A stretch of 61,968 nucleotides of DNA, the filler included, from Mitosporidium daphniae (taxonomy: Eukaryota), in assembly GCF_000760515.2 (NCBI RefSeq). It is 3 parts of 3 records of this genome, joined end to end, with 100 filler letters (N's around TTAATTAATTAA, not from the genome) between each part and the next. Parts side by side here need not be neighbours in the genome. Positions count along the whole stretch, not along the records: positions 21,094 to 41,633 come from NW_013546135.1; 2 more parts are not named here. The stretch is one strand, 5' to 3'. A program made the translations under genes and the position numbers. Within the stretch, counting starts at the first letter, position 1. Each line of letters starts with the position of its first letter. The notes under the pieces were generated by a model. The model did not search any database, was not told the origin of the DNA, and worked only from the letters and a program-made list of their open reading frames with translations. Below are positions 22,539 to 34,181 of the stretch, one piece after another.

Positions 22539-23621
22539 ATGCAGGATACCACTTTTGATCATTTCACCCTTTCCTCCGACTACTCTCTCGATACCTCGAA
22601 GTACAAATTCGGAAATATTGATGGATTCATGAAGCAAAGCAGTTCTGTTGATGATGCTGAATTTATGAAGAAAAGTGGTGCAGCTGATGATACTGGATTT
22701 ATGCACGAAGTGTCTGGTTCTAATTTTCATGATCCTCACCCGCAAGCAAGAAATGGTAATATTTTTTTTGAGAATACCAACGAAGAGCATAGAGATACAA
22801 ATATATTTGAGCCTTCAAATCCAACCATTACAGAATTAAAAACCGAAATATCATGTATGGCCAAGATTTTCTCATGTTAGATCTTAAAAATGAAAATTCT
22901 CGCTTGCGAGAGACAAATACTGCCTGGATGAACTTCAGAAACCAGGCACTTAAGTTGGGCCGAGGTTTCCCATCCGATGGAAACTCGCTCCTTCAACAAA
23001 ATATACCCAACGAGAATCCCAATTCAAATGTAAGACAGACTTCATTTCTTATGACAGGATTCCACAAAACCCGACAAGCCAAAAGAAACACAATCTCAAG
23101 ATGTAGAGTTTCTCCAAAAAAAGATATTTGAGCTAACTGAATCAGAAAACAAGATCAAAGGGCAATTATTAGCGGCTCATGAAATTTCGGCCAGACTTAG
23201 AATCAAAGTAGAGCAAACCATGACTAGATGTGAGCTTTCTCAAGTTAGCTATACACGAATGAAGGAATGCTATGATGATCTTCTTGCCCAGCATCAGCAG
23301 CTTTCAAAAAAAATCGATTTAACCAACGAAACCGAAATGTCTACTCAAACGTTGATATCGACATTAAAAAACGAATTGGAAATATCACAAAGTCAACTCT
23401 CTGAAGCGATAAAGTCACTAAATGATAGCAAAGAAGAAATTGAGTTTTGGGTAGCCGAGTGCCAAAAGTTCAAAAGAGATTATCTGTATTATAGAATGGC
23501 TGCTGACAATAATGCAAAAAAAATAGAACAAGTGTTAATATTATTACGCGATAAAGAAGCCGATTTTAAAGCCCTAGAAGAGGAACACGTTGTATTGTTA
23601 AAAAAAATTGGCTCCAAATAA
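22539..23621 (+). CDS. Hypothetical coiled-coil protein (three exons)
   Basis: Three consecutive ORFs can be joined by small GT-AG introns near 22856-22880 and 23030-23057. Heptad-rich C-terminal half; degenerate 12-aa repeats at the N-terminus. Confidence 0.65.
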
Positions 23622-23710
23622 ATCTCAAATAAATTCTAAAAATAGCAGGAAAGACGCGGAGATGTGAATATACATATTAATATTAATATAAAGTTTATGA
23701 GGGAAGGTAT

Positions 23711-23784
23711 GCTCCCATAGCTCAGTTGGTTAGAGCGTGGTGCTAATAACGCCAAGGCCGCTGGTTCGACCCCAGCTGGGAGCA
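23711..23784 (+). tRNA. tRNA-Ile (anticodon AAT)
   Basis: Acceptor stem GCTCCCA/TGGGAGC, D arm with TAGCTCAGTTGGTTAGAGC, anticodon arm TGGTG-CTAATAA-CGCCA, T loop GGTTCGA; no intron and no encoded CCA. Confidence 0.96.
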
Positions 23785-23788
23785 TTCC

Positions 23789-23793
23789 TTTTT
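23789..23793 (+). terminator. RNA polymerase III T-tract terminator of tRNA-Ile
   Basis: TTTTT four nt after the discriminator base. Confidence 0.7.
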
Positions 23794-24026
23794 GCCAAAA
23801 ATTAAATTTTATTTTTGACCAGCACAGTACGTTGAGGGGTTTCCCCTTTTGATTACAACATGGCTGCTATAGTTCGTGAAATTTAAATTTTACCTTTTCA
23901 ATTGTCGTGCAAGTCCCTGCTAACTCATTGATTGATAAAAATGACCCTGCATTGTAAATTTTAATAAACCATTATTTTTGCTAGTTTGCAATTTTCCTTC
24001 TTTAATAGTTTCATCAACTCTTTCTG

Positions 24027-26999
24027 ATGGCATCCCAAGCAGCTCCATTTTATTCGCAATCTGTTTCCGGATTGTGTGAGATATTTAACGTAAATGTTAA
24101 CAAGGGTCTTTCTTCGGATCAGGTCTCTTCCGCTAGAAAAACGTCTGGGTATAATGAGATTGAAGAGCCGCCAACAAGATCTATGTTCCTTCGATTTTTG
24201 GATCAATTTAATGACAATTTGGCATTTATTTTACTCGCAGCAGCGGTGATATCCTTTTTCTTGTCTCTTTTTGATGAAGATATCTCACAGCTATCCTGGT
24301 CTTCCCTCTGGTCTTTTGTTGAGCCCATGGTTATTTTATTGATCTTGATTGCCAATGCCTTTGTCGGATTGATACAAGAAAGCAATGCCGATGCTGCAAT
24401 AAAAGCACTAAAGACCTACTCCCCATCTGAATGCAATGTTCTTAGAAATGGAGAGCTCTCTCGAATTTTGGCACGTGAGCTCCTGCCTGGCGATATCGTC
24501 AAACTCTCCATCGGCGATAGGGTTCCAGCTGATTGCAGGATCGTAAAAATACATTCTGCCTGTGGATTAAAGGTTGATCAATCATTATTAACGGGCGAAT
24601 CAAACAGCGTCAGTAAGATTTCGGATGTGATACACGCGGCATCGTCAACCAGTAGGCTAATACTCCAGGATCAAACTAATATGCTCTTTTCTGGAACGCT
24701 AATTACACTTGGCCATTGCTTGACCATTGTCGTTGCAATAGGAAATTCCACTGAAATCGGCATTATCGCTAAATCGATATCTGGTGCAAATGGCCAATCC
24801 AAAGAAAATAATTCCGAAGACTGTGATTCCTCTCCACTTAAAAAGCGGCTTGATGCCTTTGGCGACGATTTGGCGAAAGCAATTACAGCGCTTTGTATTT
24901 TTGTCTGGTTGATCAACATTCCTCACTTCAAGGATGAAGCATTGGGTTCCAACTGGATCAGAGGTGCCCTGTACTATTTCAAAATGGCGGTAGCCCTTGC
25001 GGTTGCGGCTATTCCAGAAGGTCTTTCTGTTATTATTACCACATGTTTGGCTCTTGGAACTCGCAGGATGGCTTACCAAAATGCAATCGTTCGCTCATTG
25101 ACCTCCGTTGAAACAATCGGGTGCACTACTATCATTTGCTCCGACAAAACAGGAACTCTTACCACTAATTCCATGAGTGCTAGGGTGATCGTAACAAATT
25201 CCGCAAAATTGCCCTTTACTTGTGAAACCATTGTGACGGGAACAAGCTACGATCCACGTGATGGTTCGATTGCCATTCCTGATGAAAAAAGAAAGCTCTT
25301 CCAAGAGCTGCAGTCTTGTCTTTTCAGATGCACTGAAGCGTCTGTTAATAACAAAGCAGGAAAGACAATTGCTATGGGAGAGCCTACAGAAATTTCACTA
25401 GTAACTCTTTCAAAAAAGATTTCGTTGATTTTGGGCTCCTCAGCTGACGACCCTTTGGAGGCAAAATCGTTGACAACTCTTGATTTTGACAGATGCAGGA
25501 AGTCCTCTAGTATCCTCTGGCATGTTAAGGACCAATATATTTTATATGCCAAAGGTGCTCCTGAAAATATTCTTTCTCGGTGCTCTTTCGTGATGTATGA
25601 AGATGGCACGACAAATCAACTGAGTGAAGAGCAACGAAGCCATATTATCCAAAGCGCCTTTACCTTGGCCAATAAGGATGCCCTCAGGATCCTTGCAATT
25701 GCAAAAANGATACTTCCAAATGGACCCCCGAAGGAGCTTGAAAATTCGAATCAGCTCTCAAAAGTGGAGTCAGAGATGATATTTCTTGGACTTGTCGGTA
25801 TTGAAGATCCTCCACGCCCGGAAGTTGCTAATGCTATCAAGGAGTGTAATACCGCAGGGATCCGTGTTGTCATGATAACTGGGGATTCGAAAGCCACAGC
25901 CGAATCTTTGGCAAAGAAAATTAACCTTATCGCTTCCAGCGATTTCGATGGCGATGGAGAGTTCATCGATATGCCCGAAAAAAGCATCTCACTTACCGGT
26001 TGCGAAATAGATTGTTTGACCGACGATCAGCTAGCAAAAGCATGCAAGAGTGCAAAAATATTTTCCAGAACAGACCCATCTCATAAACTACGTTTGGTTG
26101 AGGCATTTCGTCGCTCGGGCCATATTGTCGCAATGACCGGCGATGGTGTCAACGATGCTCCAGCTTTGAAAAGAGCTCATATTGGTATTGCCATGGGAAG
26201 CGGATCTGACGTGGCCAAGGAGGCTTCTGATCTTGTGTTGGCGGATGGAAATTTTTCTACCATCACCAAAGCCGTTGCAGAAGGCAGGGCTATCTTTGAA
26301 AATACGCAACAATTCATCCGATATTTAATCTCCTCAAATATTGGGGAGGTTGTCTCGCTTTTGTTAGGCACATTGGTAGGTGTGCCAGAGGTCCTTGCCC
26401 CCGTCCAACTATTGTGGGTCAATCTGGTTACCGATGGCCTTCCAGCTACGGCTTTGTCGTTTAACCCACCCGATCCATTTTGCATGAATCGACCTCCTCG
26501 CCTAGCCACCGCTCCTCTTGTGGATGGATGGAGGTTTTTTAGATATTTGACTATTGGAATGTATGTAGGAATAGCCACCATAACCGGATATTTCCTTGCA
26601 TTATCGGCGGACCTTGCGTCGCCTTTCCTTCCGTCCACGATGGCCCTTTCTGTTTTGGTGGTCATTGAAATGTTTAATGCCCTCAATAGCGTTTCTGAAT
26701 GCGAAAGTTTGGCGTCCGTATATCCCTGGAGCAATCCCTGGTTGATTGGTGCCATTATGCTCTCGTTGTTACTTCATTTTGCAATTCTTCATATCCCCGT
26801 TCTTGCAATGATATTTAAAGTTACCCCGCTTTCACAATGGCAATGGCTTCAAGTCGTTTCGCTATCGCTCCCTGTGGTCCTTTTAGATGAAATCCTTAAG
26901 GCACTTACACGAGCAAGCACAAATGCGAAGCTCGGTAATGATGTCGTTTTAAGTAGCCATCGGGATGATGAAAGTGCCCCGCTTCTCACGATCCAATAA
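24027..26999 (+). CDS. SERCA: SERCA-type (P2A) Ca2+-ATPase
   Basis: LTGES, AAIPEGL, CSDKTGTLT, KGAPE, MITGD, TGDGVNDAPALK. Both Ca-site residue sets are present (SSNIGE, WVNLVTDG, IEMFNA). Intronless, 990 aa. Confidence 0.93.
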   Translation: MASQAAPFYSQSVSGLCEIFNVNVNKGLSSDQVSSARKTSGYNEIEEPPTRSMFLRFLDQFNDNLAFILLAAAVISFFLSLFDEDISQLSWSSLWSFVEPMVILLILIANAFVGLIQESNADAAIKALKTYSPSECNVLRNGELSRILARELLPGDIVKLSIGDRVPADCRIVKIHSACGLKVDQSLLTGESNSVSKISDVIHAASSTSRLILQDQTNMLFSGTLITLGHCLTIVVAIGNSTEIGIIAKSISGANGQSKENNSEDCDSSPLKKRLDAFGDDLAKAITALCIFVWLINIPHFKDEALGSNWIRGALYYFKMAVALAVAAIPEGLSVIITTCLALGTRRMAYQNAIVRSLTSVETIGCTTIICSDKTGTLTTNSMSARVIVTNSAKLPFTCETIVTGTSYDPRDGSIAIPDEKRKLFQELQSCLFRCTEASVNNKAGKTIAMGEPTEISLVTLSKKISLILGSSADDPLEAKSLTTLDFDRCRKSSSILWHVKDQYILYAKGAPENILSRCSFVMYEDGTTNQLSEEQRSHIIQSAFTLANKDALRILAIAKXILPNGPPKELENSNQLSKVESEMIFLGLVGIEDPPRPEVANAIKECNTAGIRVVMITGDSKATAESLAKKINLIASSDFDGDGEFIDMPEKSISLTGCEIDCLTDDQLAKACKSAKIFSRTDPSHKLRLVEAFRRSGHIVAMTGDGVNDAPALKRAHIGIAMGSGSDVAKEASDLVLADGNFSTITKAVAEGRAIFENTQQFIRYLISSNIGEVVSLLLGTLVGVPEVLAPVQLLWVNLVTDGLPATALSFNPPDPFCMNRPPRLATAPLVDGWRFFRYLTIGMYVGIATITGYFLALSADLASPFLPSTMALSVLVVIEMFNALNSVSECESLASVYPWSNPWLIGAIMLSLLLHFAILHIPVLAMIFKVTPLSQWQWLQVVSLSLPVVLLDEILKALTRASTNAKLGNDVVLSSHRDDESAPLLTIQ

Positions 27000-27025
27000 A
27001 CCTTTTGTACCAGCTTTATTAATAA

Positions 27026-28123
27026 TTAGTCCGCTATCATGGTTCCAAATACATGATCCCAAAACGAGGACGAGACTCCAAAACCTTTGCCTGGACTACG
27101 GTAATGGTGCCCATTGTGCTTTTTCCTTAAAGGCTCCTGTGGCCCCATCACCTTTGAAAGCGTATAATTTTCATGATAATGGTGGAGATGATAATGTGTC
27201 AGATCATACCAAACATATCCAACGAGAAGCCCAGAATATATGAACATCCGGATTGGCAAATTAGAGGTAAAGATTCTCAGAACCCCCCAAATAAACGACC
27301 CCAGAATTAGCGTCATCAACGGAGGCATCACTAGGCGGTAGGGGTCCATTGGCATAAAATGATGAATGCCATGCAGAAAGAAATGAGCGAGCAGGAAAAT
27401 TTTGTTATCTGGAAAGAACGGGGTATTGTCGATATGAAATAAGAACCGATGGACCATATATTCTACAAAGCTCCAAAGAAAAAGCCCGAAAAAAGAAAAT
27501 CCAAGGTTTATAATGAAAGAACCAGAGGAGGAAATGCTTTGTCCGATCGTAAATAGCGCAATTGCCGCGGGTATCCAAATCAGTGGAATTACCCACCAGG
27601 CAGTCTTTGACAGGCTTTCCAATAAATCGCTTTCAAATAAACGAGCAGAATGATGCAGAAATTGAGGGGTATGAATTCCATTCAAATAATCGGCCTTTGA
27701 AAATTTGGATTCTTTAGATAACAATTGCCAAACCAAGGGGCGTGAAAGATCCAAAAAAGCATTTTGAGTTTCGTGTTGATCACCATCAGTACGACTACCG
27801 CGATCACCGTTAGAAGCCGAGCGTTTTTTCATTCCCTCCAACAGCCTGTAGGCAAGCGCCGAATGCACATGAACTGATTTATCACACATGAGTTCAGATA
27901 TCTCAGAACCTTCTTCTAGAATTTTTAAAATATCCGAGCCACCAGGATGGTCACTAATGAATGGACCAATATCATGGGGCACGCCCTTGAAGAGAAGAAT
28001 AAACGAGTTGGGCTTCACCTCCTCATATGGCATTACCGGCGTCTTGCATGCCTCCATTGATGCAAAAGCAGCTGGACAGGTAACTGCTTCGATGGGATCG
28101 GAAGTATTATTTGTATCAATCAT
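27026..28123 (-). CDS. SCS7: Sphingolipid fatty acid 2-hydroxylase with cytochrome b5 domain
   Basis: HPGG heme motif; His boxes HRFLFH, HGIHH, HYHLHH, HNGHHY; RLVMPP; GFGVSS.FWD.VFGT. Confidence 0.93.
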   Translation of the reverse strand: MIDTNNTSDPIEAVTCPAAFASMEACKTPVMPYEEVKPNSFILLFKGVPHDIGPFISDHPGGSDILKILEEGSEISELMCDKSVHVHSALAYRLLEGMKKRSASNGDRGSRTDGDQHETQNAFLDLSRPLVWQLLSKESKFSKADYLNGIHTPQFLHHSARLFESDLLESLSKTAWWVIPLIWIPAAIALFTIGQSISSSGSFIINLGFSFFGLFLWSFVEYMVHRFLFHIDNTPFFPDNKIFLLAHFFLHGIHHFMPMDPYRLVMPPLMTLILGSFIWGVLRIFTSNLPIRMFIYSGLLVGYVWYDLTHYHLHHYHENYTLSKVMGPQEPLRKKHNGHHYRSPGKGFGVSSSFWDHVFGTMIAD

Positions 28124-28380
28124 TCATAAACTTGAATAGAAACGGAAGAGTTAAGGTAAAGTATACTCTACTTGATGTATCAAAACTAAACAAACCCACC
28201 CAATCGCCATTGCTGGCAAAAATCTTCGTGGCCAATTGAAATTTTATAAAATTTTGTAAATGGCGGACAATTTTACAAATCTGTAGAAAGGAAACCTGGA
28301 AAATTGTACTACAACCTTGTAGAAAGAAAAACAGCAAAAGAGAGCGAACCAATTTTATACAATTTACAGAATTTACGNAT

Positions 28381-29381
<1,001 letters not shown>

Positions 29382-29510
29382 AGCGATGCACCATTGAGCA
29401 ATAAAGGCGTCAAAAAGGCCGTGTATATTCCCGAGCGTTTTCAATTAAACTTTACTTGGTAAAAGTCCGTAAATCTAATATGGTACAGCTACTCCAGCCC
29501 ATTTTTCATT

Positions 29511-30393
29511 TCATTCATCTAATGGGGGAATGGTGGAAAGAAAGGCTTTGGTGATTTGTAGCTGCTTTTCAATGCCCTTGTCGCGCTCCGATAGACTCGA
29601 TCTAGAAGACCTCGACTGGGTTTGGAGTGACAATCTAGGCAACATAGCATCCCCCCTATTGAGGGACATGTTTTCGAGCTCTGATTGGATGATATCTTTT
29701 GCTCTTTCAATACGAGAAATGGAATGCGGCAATTGCTATAGTTATCAAACATAAGGAAACCTCGGATAGGTCAAGCAATTTTTTTTGGCTATCCAGAAAA
29801 AGTAAATGCACGTCATTTGGCCATGTTTCAACATAGGGCCCTTGAAAATCTTCCCCATCTATCTCGCAAAATATCTCTTCGGAGGCAATCGAATTTTCAA
29901 ACAAAAGAGTTTCGGCATCTGCCAGCGAGGTGGCTAAGCTTCTCACCTTTTCCGGTGCTTCTTTTCGCAGCTCAATCAATTTCTTTATGTTCCTTAAATA
30001 CCTCTCCTGCTCTTTGACTAGATCATCTCGCAAGTTTATGTCAAAGGGCTCAAAATCTAAATGTCAAAAATTGCACCCTACTTTTACAAACAGACTCGCT
30101 GGCATTTTCTTTTAGAATTGCATCATAGTCAACGCCATTAACTTGGATGTTCGGTGCAATTTGCGTTTTTAGGATCTCGTTGATCCGCTACAAGTTATGG
30201 CCCCTGGAAAGATTACCGATGTGACTTTTGAGCCAAGATGGGCCACCTGCTCTGGATGGCTTTTGGCTGAAATTCCAAGTCCATCGAGAATTTCAAGTAA
30301 TTTTTGCGATGAATACTGATTGATGTTGTCAAAAATGAATTTGACGTCGGGCAGTGTTTCTATTTGGATTTTCGAAAATGGCGAGCTGTTCAT
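29511..30393 (-). CDS. NSL1: Probable Mis12-complex subunit Nsl1/Mis14 (multi-exon)
   Basis: N-terminal KIQIETLPDVKFIFDN and central FEPFDINLRDDLVKEQERYLRNIKKLIELRKEAP resemble fungal Mis14/Nsl1 (KIEL...D..YL; EPFD..L...E......LRR..P). Size about 230 aa. Confidence 0.6.
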
Positions 30394-30433
30394 TAAAATA
30401 CAGCACAAATAAATTTAATTAAATTAAATTAAA

Positions 30434-32489
30434 CTATTGAGCCATAAAATTGGACAAAAAGCCTTGGACAGCCTTTTTAACTTTGGCATCTGGGTGCGAC
30501 TAACGAATAAGAAATTTTGGTCTTACCTTTGAAAGGAATGAAAAAAGCGGGGTCGGAGAATACTCCACAGCATTGCAATTATCCGGATCATCAAGAATAG
30601 GGTCAAAGTCACTTCCTATCGTATTTATGCAAAGAACCTCTCCAGAGGATGTTGAGGATGGCGAAAACAGCATCTTGAATATGGCAGGGNATGCCTTGCC
30701 AATTGAAGATAAATTATCGAGCAGAAATGTCACAGTTTCTGGTGCGATTTTCGCCATGCAGATCCACACCAATCTTTGGGCAAATGAGGCAACCCGAGAA
30801 TTAGGAAGGTTGCTCTGTCGAGAAAATAACTCTGTAATTGTTGCTTGTAGCAATGTTCTTTGGCTTGGCGTTAGCGAAAAGAGGTCTGCATCTTTGCATG
30901 TAAATGTTGGTTTCCATTCAGAAAAGATGTTTTTTGGAGCAGGCCGGTTTTTTCCTTTAGCAGACGAGCCTCCCATTGAAGGTGTGTAGCAGGGATGAAG
31001 AGAAAAATCAAAAAGAACATGTGCGAATGCAAGACGCAGGAACTTGTAAAAAAGATGGTAATAAAAAGCCAGGTCAAATTGAATGGATTTCTGGTGCGAG
31101 GCAATGGTAAACACCGCAACCAAGTAATGACAAACATCCCAGTGGACCTCCATTTTCGATGCGCAAACAAAATCCTCCCCAAACGGTTTCAACGAGGAAA
31201 TTAGATCCGAAAAATAGATCGAATCGATGAGAAAAGAAAACTTTGTCAATCCCCTGCACACGCCCGCAATCAACGGTAAACGGTGACAGCCAACTGGGGG
31301 GCATTTTTTTAAAATCCCGATGTATATTTTGAATAAAAAAACCATATTGTCTTGATGCGCCCTGTTCTTCCTCTCGACACTAATGACGGCCTCGTTTTCT
31401 TCCAGCTCTTTCCTCCACTTGATTTGCTCCTTTAGATTCTACAAAGAGGTTATAAATCATGAATACCTTTTTCCCCAACTTTGAGAGATGAGGGGTTTGC
31501 TTTTTCTTTTCCGTCAGTGAGGTTTTGGCTTTAGCATTTGAATGGGTTCTTGCAGATGCTTGCAAATTTTGTTCTTTGATTTTTAACAGAGCCTCCAATA
31601 GCTACAAAGGTAAAGATGATCCAAACAATTACCATGGGATGGACGATGTATGAGTTTTTCTGAGCTGCGTGAGATGCACTTTCCAGTATGCTAGCCGTTT
31701 TGAACCCTATATCATCGGTGGCAAAAACTTCTTTGATGGTAGAGCCAATTAGCTCTGTTAATTTTTTTGTTTCCATTCTGGACGGAATGGCCAGATATTT
31801 GCAAACGGCAGACGTCACTCGCTGGCTAAAGTTGAAATGCAAGGCAACTTTCAGCAACTCAAGCAAGCACTTGATGGAAAGCATGCAAATCTTTTCGGAA
31901 ATACCTGCAGAATTGGGCTTTAAAAGCAACTCGGACCCGTGAGTAAGGACATTAATGTACTTTTGATAGTACAGCAACAATGAACATTCATAGTCCCGCT
32001 GTTGGGCAACGTCTCTTGAAACCTAAACAGTAAGCCCAAGTGATCAACCTTTGTCTTTCGCTCTAGCGCACTTAATTCTCTTATGAGATACGATGGAATT
32101 ATGTCACAAAAAACAGTAAGAATGCTGACGATTACCAATTTGAAGGCGGCAACCGTCTGTTCATCTTGGCTTGACAAGGAGAGAAACAATAAAGCATTGG
32201 CATATTCAACAAGCGTCTTCAAATTTAATATCTTTTCTTGGGGCTTTTCGATTATCGCAAGAGCTAGCTCGCCAATGATTTTCTTCCTTTCCTCTTCAGC
32301 CGATGCGATCAGAGCATTACACCGCTCCGCCAATATTGCATCGTGGGTTTGTTTTTTTGCAGACACTTTCTTTTCCAAATTGTCCTGAAAATGTGCAGGT
32401 TCGATTTGATGCCCATTCACGCTTTCTAGCTTGGCTCTTTTTTGTATTTGCCAAAGAGGGCCGTGACGAATGGGCAAAACGGAAGGCAT
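30434..32489 (-). CDS. NOC3: Nucleolar complex protein Noc3 (CBF/Mak21 domain), multi-exon
   Basis: FCDIIPSYLIREL..E...KVS.DV..QRDYECSLLLYYQKY, HFNF, KFSFLIDSIYFSDL, SRVASFAQRL, DDPDNCN. Confidence 0.88.
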
Positions 32490-32515
32490 TATTTAAATTT
32501 TTTAAAAATTCATTT

Positions 32516-34026
32516 TCATTTAAAGGTCTCCTCGAGGAATTTAATTTCCTTGTTTAAGGTGTCGATATCAATGATAGACTTTTCCTTAATTTTCATTATT
32601 TGGCTGTTGAGAGGGCCAAATGACGATTGATATTGATCACAAAGTTTTGAAACCTCGGATAAAACAACACTAAGCTGATTGGGGAGCCATTTTATGATAG
32701 GCGAGCCTCCAGTTGCGACGGGATGCTTTGAGTAGGATAAGATATAGGCCTTTGTAAAATGCCAGTGTCTCCATCTAAATTCTCTCAAAAAGTCCATCAA
32801 AGTTATTGCAAGTGCTGCACTTTCTTCGGATTTCATACATCTCTCTATCAGGCCCTCAGAACGTGATTTGACCAGTTTCAAGTATTTTTCGTGAAGAATG
32901 GGCCTGTATGTCCGAAATTCGGATAGGATTTGAGTCAGGGGATTATCGGGCATCTTATTGGTTATTTCTAAAAGGTTGTCTAAAAGCGGGACCATAGAGT
33001 CATTGGCTCCACTTTCTCCGCGAAAAAACAAGGGATCAGAGGAAACCCCTTCATAGACAACACCATTCGGAAACATGGGCTAATCGGACGTTAAAGCAAT
33101 CAAGTTTACCTGATTTTTAATGCCCATGATAAAGGTCCTAAAAGAGGCATAGCCCTCAGGCGAGCTTCTAGACCACATTTTTTGCATGGAGTCATTGATG
33201 GCTCTAAAACAAGTTGTCATTTTCGATAGTCCAGCAACAAGAGACATGTCATCTTGTGCACAGAGTATATCTTCAGTTGCGGCGATCAATTTTGCAGAAT
33301 GAGAAACCATATCCACATGGACAAGTACAAATCCAGCCTCATCTTTGGATCCCTCAAAGCTTCTTATCAAAGAAAGATTATCAAAGGAAATCTCCTTCGT
33401 GGCGTCAATTCTTTTGTAGTTATATAGCCTAAAATTAAGCATCAAAAAGAATTCATTTACGCATATGAAAGCGCATATTCCATAAAGGGCTTTGCGTTTA
33501 GCTTTTCAGCCAACATGGAAAAGGGAAGTGCAATCGATTTTGGAAGGATATTTCTTCCCATTCCATATGAGCATGAGCTCGGATCTTTCATGTGGCGCAA
33601 GTGACATGGTTCCAAAAGGTAAGCACTTGCTAGAAACGAATAATCGCGAAATAATGCTATGACAAGTTGAGTGCAAGCAAGACATACCGTGTAATAACCG
33701 GCAGTCAACGACCTGTTTGACTTGCTCAGAGAGGTCCGGAAAGTCTCCATTATCGATGAGGCCCCCCAACCTCCCGGTCNCCAATAATCCAGGGGTCGAT
33801 TTCTTGGTCATAATGGGCATATCTTGTAAAAGATCTTCTAAGCACTTAAATTCGGCTGGCAACACGTCCAGAGGGTCCTAAAATATGAAACACACGCTCT
33901 ACATACATTTAAGGGAAGAAATCCAGTAACATCGTTAGGAATGAATTGAAGGCCAGTGCCTGTGCTCTCAAATTGCTCCTGTGAGGCGATAAGAGGAAGT
34001 GGTCCAATGTAAGCGCTGTACGGCAT
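32516..34026 (-). CDS. Indoleamine 2,3-dioxygenase family protein (IDO-gamma-like), multi-exon
   Basis: TGFLP, ALFRDYSFLASAYLLEPCH, PFMEY, EAGFVLVHVDMV, FRTFIMGI, MFPNGVVYEGV, FRGESGANDS, FRWRHW (proximal His), ATGGSPI..WLPNQL. Confidence 0.85.
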
Positions 34027-34181
34027 TGATTAAAAACAGCCTTTTTGACCAATAAAGCTGATCATAATACATTATCTGCAATTAAGTTAAATTGAATCAA
34101 CTTGGGCCAAGCCCGTGGATGCCAATTAAAAAATTTAAAAATGGAAATTATTTAATTTGAAGGTGGTGTGTCTTTTCAACA

